Positions 18,906 through 27,448 of a stretch of DNA of 64,000 nucleotides are shown here, one piece after another. How positions within the stretch are numbered: the stretch's first letter is position 1; every line of letters begins with the position of its first letter. The position numbers were made by a program, and so were the translations under genes. Source of the stretch: an uncultured Candidatus Bathyarchaeia archaeon (GTDB lineage Archaea; Thermoproteota; Bathyarchaeia; 40CM-2-53-6); assembly GCA_964601325.1 (NCBI GenBank), contig CAZRNA010000002.1, forward strand, positions 1,454-65,453, written 5' to 3'. Under the pieces are notes generated by a model that saw only the letters and a list, made by a program, of their open reading frames with translations, did not search any database and was not told the DNA's origin.

Positions 18906-19691
18906 CTAATTCACCTGGGCGGTTCGGATCATTCTTCGCATCAATTTCTTGGTTTCCATTGGGCCCGAAACCGATAGGCACCTAACACCGGTGCTCCTCA
19001 TGATGTAGTCGTTCCCGCCTCTAAACAGGGCGTCCCCAACAAACAGCATAGCCTCATGTTCTAAACGGAGGCGTTCTTCCAACTTCTTGACGCACAGTGT
19101 TTTGTTCACGCCCTTTTTGGTAACGTCGATCGAGGTGGTTCCGCCAATAGTTATCTCGAAGTCGGGCAATTTCGTCTTCAGGAGCCTTCTAATCCTCAGA
19201 CGCTTTTCCCGATTAGGATCCCATTTCCGCTTGAGACGCAACGGAGCCTTCTGACCCAGAGCGGAGAATGTGAGCTGGCTCCCTCTGTTCTCAAAAACCG
19301 GTCCGTATGTCTTTCTTGGATGGACATAGCTGATTTCCGCAAAGACTATTTCGAATGACCCCACTATTCTCCTGACGGCGTGTTCTGACAGAAGATTGCT
19401 GTATGCCAAAGAGAAACGTCCGCGTCTTCTGTCATAATAGTAACCGCTGGCCGAACAGGTGGGAAACAAATACAAGTTCCACAGATTAGCGCTCTTTGGC
19501 AGTCCACTCAGAAACTGATTTTCTAACTGTTGAAAAGAACAGCCTGAGGTCACTGCAACGTATCTTATTCGGAGCATTTGGGAAATCAGCGCAGCCATTC
19601 CCTTGTCGATGTTGGACTTGCTCTTGGTTAGAGTGCCATCAAGATCGAAAATTACTATCTTCTTTCCCGCTATGGAATTAGCGCCGTTCAA
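18906..19691 (-). CDS. HAD-IIB family sugar-phosphate phosphatase (SPP/MpgP/PMM-like)
   Basis: 261 aa with the HAD motifs IVIFDLDGTLT (motif I) and VGDALFRGGNDY (motif IV). It lies 97 nt downstream of, and co-directional with, CBS-GT4 copy 2. Confidence 0.65.
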   Translation of the reverse strand: MNGANSIAGKKIVIFDLDGTLTKSKSNIDKGMAALISQMLRIRYVAVTSGCSFQQLENQFLSGLPKSANLWNLYLFPTCSASGYYYDRRRGRFSLAYSNLLSEHAVRRIVGSFEIVFAEISYVHPRKTYGPVFENRGSQLTFSALGQKAPLRLKRKWDPNREKRLRIRRLLKTKLPDFEITIGGTTSIDVTKKGVNKTLCVKKLEERLRLEHEAMLFVGDALFRGGNDYIMRSTGVRCLSVSGPMETKKLMRRMIRTAQVN

Positions 19692-19788
19692 GGTCTAACG
19701 CCCTTCGCCTCTTCATTCTGCATTGTCGATTTGATTATGTCCGCATACTGGTCAGCTAGCTTCGTCCTTCCCGCTTCCTCTCCATACT

Positions 19789-21408
19789 TTAGAGACCTAG
19801 GGCGCGGTAGAATGTGCTGACATACCTCATTGCTACGTTTGGCCATATCATGGGTCTGCTATACTCGTAGGCCATCCTAGCGTATCTCTGGCGAGTCTGA
19901 TCGTCATCGAGCAGTCTATTCACGCATCTAGCGATAGACGCGGAATCCTTGAACTCACATTGCAGGGCTGCACCACTAGAAATCGGCTCTTCTGCATGAA
20001 GAAAAGGGGTTGTAACGATGGGTTTACCTGTGCTCAGAGCATACGAAAGCGTTCCACTGCTGACCTGTTCTCGATTCGGGTAGGGAATAACGTAGATGTC
20101 GGTCGCTTGAAGGTAGCTGATCAACTCGTTTTCCGTCAGAAATCGATTCACGAACCTGACGTTATTCTCGACCCCGAGAGACTGAACTTGATCAAGTAGA
20201 AGCCCGCGATACGTTTCACCTTCACGCTTCCTGACCTCCGGGTGGGTTTCGCCGATCACAAGGTACAGGATGTCGGGGTGCTCTCTTAGCATCTCCGGGA
20301 GCGCCTGGATTGCGTATTCTATTCCCTTTCCGCGACTTAACAATCCAAAAGTCGATACCACGACTCGACCTTTCAACCCTACCCTTTGTTTCATCACCGC
20401 GGTTCCTATGAATGGGACATTCGGGCATCCGTGAGGTATGTACCGGATCTTGTCCGAATATCTTCCATAGATTTGCTCGAGTATTCTCGTGCCAACCTTT
20501 GCCATCACAATTACGAGGTCGCTGTGTTCAAGAACTCGTCCGAGTACCCTTCTCGCGTCGGGAGCAGGCTCTTCAAGAACCGTGTGCAGAGTCGTCACAA
20601 CGGGTTTCTCAATTCTTTCCAGAAGCTGAATGACGTACTCGCCCCATTCTCCACCGAATATGCCGTACTCATGCTGCAGATTCACAACATCTACGTCGGA
20701 AGCATTGATGTACTGAGCGGCCTTCTCGTAGGATTGAATGTCCTGAACATCAATCTGAGATTTCACCCGAAATCCATAGCCATAGTGTCCCCCTCTATCG
20801 TTCACCGCAACAACGATGGGGGAAGTCACGGCTCGTGCACAAAACCAAGAGACGGCATCAACAAGATGCCTCGTGTACGTCGCTATGCCGCACTCGCGGG
20901 GGGGATACGTGCTCACATACGCGACTCTTATCCTGTGGAATCGAGAATCACCTATGGTTTCAGGCAGACCACGGCCTTTCATCATGTACTGACCGTAGAC
21001 GATCTCCAACAGTCTCTTTGCTGTCGTGAGGCCAACCACGGCACCGTCTCGTGTTATGATCAGTCTTCTGATATTGTACCTATGCAGCATTTCCAAGGCG
21101 TTTCTTATTGTTCGCTCAGCTTCAATCGTCACAGGAGGTTTTGACATCATATCCTTGACAAGCATCAGCTCGAGGTTCTTCCCCGGCTTGAGAGCTCTCT
21201 GGAGCAGGTCCTTCTCAGTGACTACTCCGACAGGTCGGTTGTTCTCAACGACTACTACAAGTCCAACATTTCGCCTCGTCATCAAATCCATTACTATCGA
21301 GGCGGGCTCTTGAGAAGAAACGGCGGGCGGCGCAGGCCTCATGTTTGTTTCTACAGGTAGGCTGAGAATCTCTTCCGAGTATGAGCCTGCTTCAGCCATA
21401 TTTTTCAT
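19789..21408 (-). CDS. CBS-pair domain fused to GT4 glycosyltransferase (paralog 2)
   Basis: 539 aa, co-linear with and highly similar to 2027..3652 (for example YVSTYPPRECGIA.YT.HLVDA...SQID..DIQSYEKAAQYIN..D.DVVNLQHEYGIFGGEWGEYV). Confidence 0.8.
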   Translation of the reverse strand: MKNMAEAGSYSEEILSLPVETNMRPAPPAVSSQEPASIVMDLMTRRNVGLVVVVENNRPVGVVTEKDLLQRALKPGKNLELMLVKDMMSKPPVTIEAERTIRNALEMLHRYNIRRLIITRDGAVVGLTTAKRLLEIVYGQYMMKGRGLPETIGDSRFHRIRVAYVSTYPPRECGIATYTRHLVDAVSWFCARAVTSPIVVAVNDRGGHYGYGFRVKSQIDVQDIQSYEKAAQYINASDVDVVNLQHEYGIFGGEWGEYVIQLLERIEKPVVTTLHTVLEEPAPDARRVLGRVLEHSDLVIVMAKVGTRILEQIYGRYSDKIRYIPHGCPNVPFIGTAVMKQRVGLKGRVVVSTFGLLSRGKGIEYAIQALPEMLREHPDILYLVIGETHPEVRKREGETYRGLLLDQVQSLGVENNVRFVNRFLTENELISYLQATDIYVIPYPNREQVSSGTLSYALSTGKPIVTTPFLHAEEPISSGAALQCEFKDSASIARCVNRLLDDDQTRQRYARMAYEYSRPMIWPNVAMRYVSTFYRALGL

Positions 21409-21430
21409 CTACATCGTGAAGGATCTTGCC

Positions 21431-21437
21431 ATTTATC
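21431..21437 (-). promoter_or_regulatory. TATA-like box (GATAAAT) upstream of CBS-GT4 copy 2
   Basis: The same heptamer, at the same distance (~23-29 nt) from the ATG, as upstream of copy 1. Confidence 0.35.
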
Positions 21438-21583
21438 TTAGTAGCCAAGGGGATGATAGTGGATGAGTCAGAGTCGACCCACGAGTGATGATAATAACGA
21501 ACATGCTGTCGAAATATGGCATCATCGGTTCGAACAATGCCCCGCAAATCTGTACGTAGGCGCACAAGTAGGCGTTTGCTGCT

Positions 21584-22363
21584 TCAACCAGGCTCCTTGT
21601 GGATGATTATTCGGGCAACGTTGGGGTAGGCGTTTCTTATTGCTTTCTCAAGTTTGTCGGAGAATTCTTGGGCCTCTCTTACGCTAAGCTTAGGATCGAA
21701 TCGGCTTTGAAGGACAATGTCCAGATTGTTGCCAATCTTGCGAACCTTGACTCCATCAATGCCTATGATCTTCGGGAAGCGTCTCGCGACATGAACGATA
21801 TACCATTTTAGTTCAGTATCCGCTCCCGTGGCCTCGCGGGAGACGCGGTCTAAGGCAGATTCTGCGTGAACGGTTATCTCTGATATGGCTGGATTGGAAG
21901 CTTTCATCCTCTTTTTGATCTCTTCTGAGATGCTGTGCGCTTGTTTCACATTCGTGTTTGCGCCTACCTCCAGCTGAAGGTCGACAACCAGATTCCCGTT
22001 GACTTCCTGGAGGTGGATGTTGCTGACCCCTCTCGTCCCTGGTACGCCTTCAGCGATCTTCTTGATAAGGTTCCACATGTTCTCCAGATTGCTTTCTGAC
22101 GGTTCAGTGCGAATTATGACTCTCGCATCGGGTACAAGCTTCTTCACTTTCCCCTCTATCTTGAGAGCGATTCTGTGCACGTTCTCTAATCGGAGATTAC
22201 TATCAACTGAGATCGGGAGCACGACACGAATCCGTTTCCCGGTTATGCGGACAAGCGGTTGACGGCAGTTTCTGACCCCTTCTATCGCTTTTACGTTTCT
22301 CATAATAGCGTATGCGATCTCTTTCTCCGAACGTTCCACCAACGGGATTGGCAGTCTCGACAC
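21584..22363 (-). CDS. soluble protein of three tandem cation-efflux (CDF) C-terminal (ZT_dimer-like) domains, no TM domain
   Basis: 259 aa with three ~80-aa repeats, each ending in the CDF-CTD signature (..VIIRTEP, ..ITVHAE, ..IIIHKEP) and containing the H..V.L..D motif. No hydrophobic segments. Confidence 0.55.
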   Translation of the reverse strand: MSRLPIPLVERSEKEIAYAIMRNVKAIEGVRNCRQPLVRITGKRIRVVLPISVDSNLRLENVHRIALKIEGKVKKLVPDARVIIRTEPSESNLENMWNLIKKIAEGVPGTRGVSNIHLQEVNGNLVVDLQLEVGANTNVKQAHSISEEIKKRMKASNPAISEITVHAESALDRVSREATGADTELKWYIVHVARRFPKIIGIDGVKVRKIGNNLDIVLQSRFDPKLSVREAQEFSDKLEKAIRNAYPNVARIIIHKEPG

Positions 22364-22553
22364 CTACTTATGATCATGTTCTACTGGGTCCTGACTTACA
22401 ATTTAATAGCGATGTACGGCGTCTCGGTTTGGGTGAGAAACTCGGTTCGGTTCGTGAGAACCCGTCTTGAAATACTATGCCTTCTGCGGCCGAGTCCATT
22501 CCTGCGGGAGTAATTGTGCGATATATCGTGGAGAATAGCCTTGTGGACGAAGC

Positions 22554-24362
22554 TTAAGTCTTGGTCGACCGCGACCTCTCAATTGCCTTTCCAATGTCTG
22601 TGCGGGTTATGATTCCAACGATCACTCCTGCGTTGTTTGGGTCAACAACTGGAAGCCTTCCAACACTCCTTGCGATCATCTTTACCAGTGCTGAGAATAG
22701 GTCCTCGTCCGGATGCACGGTGGCGAGTTGCTCAGACATGACATTGCTGACATCCTTGCCAGGACGCTCTGAAGGTTCCACCTTGAGGATGTCTGTACGG
22801 GTAATGATTCCGACTAGTCTTCCACCGGATATGACTGGTAACCCTCCTACATGATCCATCTCCATGAGATTCTGAGCGATCTCCAAACTCGTCCTTGGGC
22901 CCACCGTGTGAACATTTCTCTGCATGACATCAGAAACTGTGATGTTCTTCAGCACTAGGGTTTCGTATTCCTCAAGATGTGCTGGGGAATCCTCCAAGCT
23001 ATCTACCTGATTTGCGAACACGCTCGCACTTCCTGACAACAGATATGCAACAACCACGGCGAGCATCGAAGGGGCGAGGAGATCGTATCCGCCGGTCATT
23101 TCTGCAACCATGACGATGACGGCGAGAGGTGACTTTGCGGCGGCTCCAAAGAATGCCATCATTCCGACAATGGCGAAGTTCGATGGATTAGTAACGCTTG
23201 CTGGGAACATCTGTTGAGCATAGTATCCGAAAGCTGCACCGATCAATCCTCCAGTCACAACACACGGACCGAAGATCCCTCCGCTACCACCTGAACCTAG
23301 GGTGAATGACATCGCAAAGATTTCAGCGAAAACCCCGAGAATCATGAGTGTTACTGGGAAGAGCTGATAATCTTGATTGAGGGCGATCTGCGCCCAGCCG
23401 TATCCTACTCCAAGAACTGATGGAACAAAAATGCCGATCACTCCAACCGCCAGTCCGCCGATAGCCGGTTTCGTGAATTCGGGAACATGGAGTTTCTCAA
23501 ACAAACGCCGCAGACCATAGTACACGTAGAAAAGCAGGTGGGCAGACCCAGCGCATAGAACGCCCAGAAAGGCATAGAGGGGAAGCACTTCTGGGTGAGT
23601 GTATATGATTGGACGAAGGCTGGCACTGAAGATTGGCTGCCAGCCAGTCACAAATCCGACGATGGAATAGCTTACAGTTGAAGCGATGAATCCAGGGATA
23701 AGTGCCTCAGCCTCGAAATCGTGCTTGTAGAAGACCTCACCGCTAAGAATTCCTCCAGCTAACGGAGCCTTGAAGATCGCAGCAATTCCGGCACCTAGAC
23801 CAGCGGCTAGAGCGATCCTCCTCTCCTGTTCCGTGAGTCTCAACGCTTTAGCGAGCTGAGAGCCTGCTCCGGCTCCGATCTGGGCAATTGGGCCTTCGCG
23901 GCCTGAGGTTCCGCCTGAACCTATGGTGATGGCTGATGTGAGGAGTTTGACGAGCGGCACGCGCCACCTGATAAGGGCGTGTTCATTGTGGAAAGCTCCG
24001 ATTGCGGCATCGGTTCCAATACCCTTGGCCTCCGGCGCTAGCTTCGTGACTATCAGCCCGCTGACGAGTCCACCGAGTGTTGTGGAGACGGGTATCAGCC
24101 AAGGTCGCTCGATCACAATAGTGCTCAGAGTGCGCACGGTCTCGCCGCCAGCTGATGGAGGCGTGTATCCAGCTATCGTCCCGAGGAAAACGCGCGTGAA
24201 CAGGTCGATTCCCAGAATGAGTGCTAGGGCTCCGAGGCCAGCGGCTATTCCAATGGCGACGGAAAGCAACGTCCACCTTCTCAGATACACGAGGCCTCTC
24301 CGAATGTCCGAGCGAGGAACCAGATCGACCAGTCCACCCCATCTCCAAGAGCGGGTCTTCAC
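22554..24362 (-). CDS. ClC-family chloride channel / H+-Cl- exchanger with C-terminal CBS pair
   Basis: 602 aa with the ClC signature motifs GSGGTSGREGP, GSGGIFGP and GxFxP-like blocks. The C-terminal ~140 aa carry two CBS motifs (HVGGLPVISGGRLVGIITRTDI, GRLPVVDPNNAGVIVGIITRTDI). Confidence 0.8.
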   Translation of the reverse strand: MKTRSWRWGGLVDLVPRSDIRRGLVYLRRWTLLSVAIGIAAGLGALALILGIDLFTRVFLGTIAGYTPPSAGGETVRTLSTIVIERPWLIPVSTTLGGLVSGLIVTKLAPEAKGIGTDAAIGAFHNEHALIRWRVPLVKLLTSAITIGSGGTSGREGPIAQIGAGAGSQLAKALRLTEQERRIALAAGLGAGIAAIFKAPLAGGILSGEVFYKHDFEAEALIPGFIASTVSYSIVGFVTGWQPIFSASLRPIIYTHPEVLPLYAFLGVLCAGSAHLLFYVYYGLRRLFEKLHVPEFTKPAIGGLAVGVIGIFVPSVLGVGYGWAQIALNQDYQLFPVTLMILGVFAEIFAMSFTLGSGGSGGIFGPCVVTGGLIGAAFGYYAQQMFPASVTNPSNFAIVGMMAFFGAAAKSPLAVIVMVAEMTGGYDLLAPSMLAVVVAYLLSGSASVFANQVDSLEDSPAHLEEYETLVLKNITVSDVMQRNVHTVGPRTSLEIAQNLMEMDHVGGLPVISGGRLVGIITRTDILKVEPSERPGKDVSNVMSEQLATVHPDEDLFSALVKMIARSVGRLPVVDPNNAGVIVGIITRTDIGKAIERSRSTKT

Positions 24363-24580
24363 CTAGCCAGAGGGCCGTATCAACCTAATTCTCTTGCTCT
24401 CCCTCGTCGAAATGACATTCGAGATGGCAATCTTGAGAATGAAAAAGGGAATGGTTGGAGATTCTCCTCAACCCGTTCGTCCCACTGTTCGTGGGCCGCG
24501 TGGCACAGGCGCCTAGGAGAATGTGACAAGACGAGCTGGCGGTTTCTCCCGAACGTCGAGAACAGAAGAAGACTAGGGGA

Positions 24581-24736
24581 CTAGACTTTTTCTTTCTTGA
24601 GTTCTTCGATTCGTTCAGCGACGCCAGCAGCTTCTTGATCTAGGTAATCCTTGTACTCTTCTAGTCGCTTGATCTTCTCTTCGCGTGTCAGAAACCTGCG
24701 TCCATACTCGTATCCAAATCCGCAGCATTCATCCAT
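24581..24736 (-). CDS. small hypothetical protein (51 aa; N-terminal Cys-Cys, then a coiled-coil)
   Basis: Hand-translated: MDECCGFGYEYGRRFLTREEKIKRLEEYKDYLDQEAAGVAERIEELKKEKV. It lies in an otherwise non-coding gap. The opposite-strand track ORF looks low-complexity and spurious. Confidence 0.25.
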   Translation of the reverse strand: MDECCGFGYEYGRRFLTREEKIKRLEEYKDYLDQEAAGVAERIEELKKEKV

Positions 24737-25006
24737 AGATTTCACCTCCATCTCATTTCATAGTGGAATGAACGGATCGCGTGGTCTTCCCAGTGGCTCG
24801 GGGTCTGGCTCTATTGGCTCCCAAGCCCTCAATGTGCCGAACCTCCGGCCGCTACAGATTGCTGATGCCATAATCGGTCTGTATCTCATGTTTACTCGCT
24901 GAGAAACAGTAGGGCGCAGGCGAAGCATATTGACTGGGGATTGCGTAACCCGGTCACAGTCCTGTCCTTGAGCGGAAGGGACTCTCGGGGTGCGAAGAAT
25001 AAGCGC

Positions 25007-25603
25007 TCAGCTCAAGATCTCATGGTTTGGCGGAAGCGAGTTCTGTTTTGTGACGAAATCGAAGAGCTCGAAGGCCGACCTGATGGCTCGCTCCTCGTCC
25101 GTTCTCGATCGGTACAGTACGTTTATCGTAAGAGTGTTCCTGAATATTCTGGCTCGCAGTTGGATACGCCCATCCTCAGTTATCCAGCTCAAGGCGGCGC
25201 CGGATGGGGTCTGCGAATATCCGAGCCAACGAAAATCGGCGAACCATCTTCCCTTCAGAGTGTTCAAAACAACGCTCACGTCCGTCGTGATAGGAAGATG
25301 GGCTGTGACCACTTGTGTTTCAATGGGCGTTACTTCGGCCACATAGTCCATATGGGGAGTGTTGAGTTTGGCGTTGATTCGGTATCCGTCGTGTGTTTTC
25401 TCAACGAGATTCTCCTCTTCAAGACGGTCGAGCGTTCTAGAAAGCATCTCTTGATGGAACCCGAGCTTTCTGCGCAGTCCCTGGAATGAGTACGTCGCCT
25501 TCTGATCTTCAGAAAGTGCGGAAAGCACCTCACGCTGACGATAATCAAGGTCATCTCCAACGCGGAGTCCACACAGTTCGAAATCTTGGCTTGCACTCAT
25601 CAC
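25007..25603 (-). CDS. winged-helix transcriptional regulator with an uncharacterised C-terminal domain
   Basis: 198 aa. The N-terminal wHTH (ATYSFQGLRRKLGFHQEMLSRTLDRLEEENLVEKTHDGYRIN) is followed by ~110 aa of unknown function. Confidence 0.45.
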   Translation of the reverse strand: MMSASQDFELCGLRVGDDLDYRQREVLSALSEDQKATYSFQGLRRKLGFHQEMLSRTLDRLEEENLVEKTHDGYRINAKLNTPHMDYVAEVTPIETQVVTAHLPITTDVSVVLNTLKGRWFADFRWLGYSQTPSGAALSWITEDGRIQLRARIFRNTLTINVLYRSRTDEERAIRSAFELFDFVTKQNSLPPNHEILS

Positions 25604-25869
25604 AAGGTCGAAACAGTAGGAATGAAGCGCCCTATATATTGACTAAGTAAGCACTCATGAAGAATCTGAAGTCACCAGTCATATGTCTCTCCAACTGATT
25701 TGCATGTTCGCTTACGCTTCTTCGAAGACTCAACCATCACCATATCGCTCTTGAATGGATCGTTGCGCTTTCCGATTTCGATCTTCGTGGTGTCTTTGTG
25801 CTTGTTTAGGACCTACCGGCTGACCTGCCCTCGTTCTAGCTGGCCCAAAGGATAAATCAAGCGCATTCG

Positions 25870-26871
25870 ATGCTGCGCTTGTATGTGACGGTCATGTCCC
25901 ATACAGATCTTGCGGGCAAGGTTCTAGTGACCGGAGCGGCAGGATTCATCGGCAGCCATCTCTGTAGAAGGCTCGTTGCCAATCGAGTGCAGGTTCGAGC
26001 TCTGGACAATTTAAGCACCGGCACAGAGGCGAACATCGCAGACATCATGCATGACGAGCTTTTCGAATTTACTCTAGGTGACGTTCTAAAGCAAAAGCAA
26101 GTGGAGAGCCTGTTGGATGGCTGCACGGCTGTGTTTCACTTGGCCGCGAATCCCGAGGTGAGGGCGGCGCTGAGCGACGGGGAGATTGACTTCGAGCAGA
26201 ATCTCCGAAGCACTCACATGCTCCTCGAAGCACTGAGAGCGAAGGCCTGGTGCGGCACCCTCGTCTTCACTTCGACATCAACTGTATACGGAGACGCCAC
26301 GCAGCTGCCGACGCCGGAGAACTACGGGCCTCTCGTGCCGATCTCGATGTATGGCGCGACCAAGCTGGGTTGCGAGGCGCTCATAACCGCTTACAGCCAT
26401 CTGCTAGGCTTGAGGGCTCTGATCTTTCGCTTCGCGAATGTAGTCGGGCCCGGCAGCGGACACGGCGTCATACATGATTTCCTGACGAAGCTTCAACAAA
26501 ACCCGGCAAAACTCGAAGTCTTAGGCGATGGGACGCAGACGAAATCCTACATCTACATCGACGATTGTATCGACGCATTCATCCATGCAACAAAGCACGG
26601 CAATGAGAACCCAGGGATCTACAACATTGGCACAGACGATCAAACGGATGTCAAAACAATAGCCAGCATCGTTATCGAAGAGTTGGGCCTGAGAGATGTT
26701 CAGATCAGCTTCAAGCCCGGCCCTGAAGGGAGAGGCTGGCCCGGCGATGTGAAGCGCATGCTCCTCGATGTCTCAAAACTGCGTACACTTGGTTGGTCTC
26801 CACGCTGTCGCAGCACGGACGCCGTACAGAAAGCCACAGAGCAACTGGCCAAGGAACACAGAAACAGATAG
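25870..26871 (+). CDS. NAD-dependent epimerase/dehydratase (extended SDR; UDP-sugar 4-epimerase-like)
   Basis: Contains VLVTGAAGFIGSHL (Rossmann GxxGxxG), the YxxxK catalytic motif (YGATK) and NVVGPG. 333 aa. Confidence 0.75.
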   Translation: MLRLYVTVMSHTDLAGKVLVTGAAGFIGSHLCRRLVANRVQVRALDNLSTGTEANIADIMHDELFEFTLGDVLKQKQVESLLDGCTAVFHLAANPEVRAALSDGEIDFEQNLRSTHMLLEALRAKAWCGTLVFTSTSTVYGDATQLPTPENYGPLVPISMYGATKLGCEALITAYSHLLGLRALIFRFANVVGPGSGHGVIHDFLTKLQQNPAKLEVLGDGTQTKSYIYIDDCIDAFIHATKHGNENPGIYNIGTDDQTDVKTIASIVIEELGLRDVQISFKPGPEGRGWPGDVKRMLLDVSKLRTLGWSPRCRSTDAVQKATEQLAKEHRNR

Positions 26872-26973
26872 TCGCTCGCGTCGAAAATCAGATGAAGTCT
26901 TTCCTCACCCTGTTCCGGCGGCTGCATCTTACGCGAGCCGTGTCCTATCTTCTGATTGGATCCATTCTTCGTG

Positions 26974-27447
26974 CTAGTGAGCTTTTCGCGCCGATCGTTT
27001 TGCGGCAGACTGCTCTACTTCTCTGGCTCGTGTTTCTATGAAGTCCGCGAATTTTTGCTCGCTGTATTTTCCGGCTTCTTCTTGTTTCTGCAGGTGCTCT
27101 TTGACAGTTGTGAGGAGCTTCGGTATATCTATGGGTTTGATCACGTAACCGTCGGCGCCCTTGTTCAGTGCTTCTATGGCGTTTTGAAGTGATGGGTAGC
27201 CTGTGACGATTATCTTGATCATCTTTGGTGTTGTCTCTTTCATGGCTTTGAGGAGCTCTGTTCCTTCCATGTCGGGAAGGCGGATGTCTATGAGGGCGAG
27301 GTTGTAGAACCTGATACTGGATTTCTCGATTGCTTCTTTGCCAGTTTTGGCAGTGTCGACCTTGTAGCCCTCCAGTCTAAGTGCTTCAGCAATTGAGTTG
27401 AGGACTACCTCGTCATCATCGATGACCAGGATGCTCTTCTTCTCCAA
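26974..27447 (-). CDS. stand-alone response-regulator receiver (CheY-like) protein
   Basis: 157 aa with a REC domain (ILVIDDDEVV, phospho-acceptor D in LALIDIRLPDMEG, KIIVTGY, conserved K in YVIKP). No output domain. It starts 1 nt after the kinase stop. Confidence 0.8.
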   Translation of the reverse strand: MEKKSILVIDDDEVVLNSIAEALRLEGYKVDTAKTGKEAIEKSSIRFYNLALIDIRLPDMEGTELLKAMKETTPKMIKIIVTGYPSLQNAIEALNKGADGYVIKPIDIPKLLTTVKEHLQKQEEAGKYSEQKFADFIETRAREVEQSAAKRSARKAH

Positions 27448-27448
27448 C

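Noticed and set aside
20386-21144. Long antisense ORFs inside conserved genes. Examples are 20386..21144 and 2669..3202 opposite the GT4 genes, 23923..24366 opposite ClC, 55848..56513 opposite tnpB, and many short ORFs opposite the histidine kinase.
   Set aside because: They are embedded antisense to strongly conserved CDSs, carry low-complexity or biased composition, and show no motifs. They are typical shadow ORFs.
24941-25489. 182-aa plus-strand ORF opposite the wHTH regulator gene
   Set aside because: It is antisense to the ORF that carries a recognisable wHTH, and it has no motifs.
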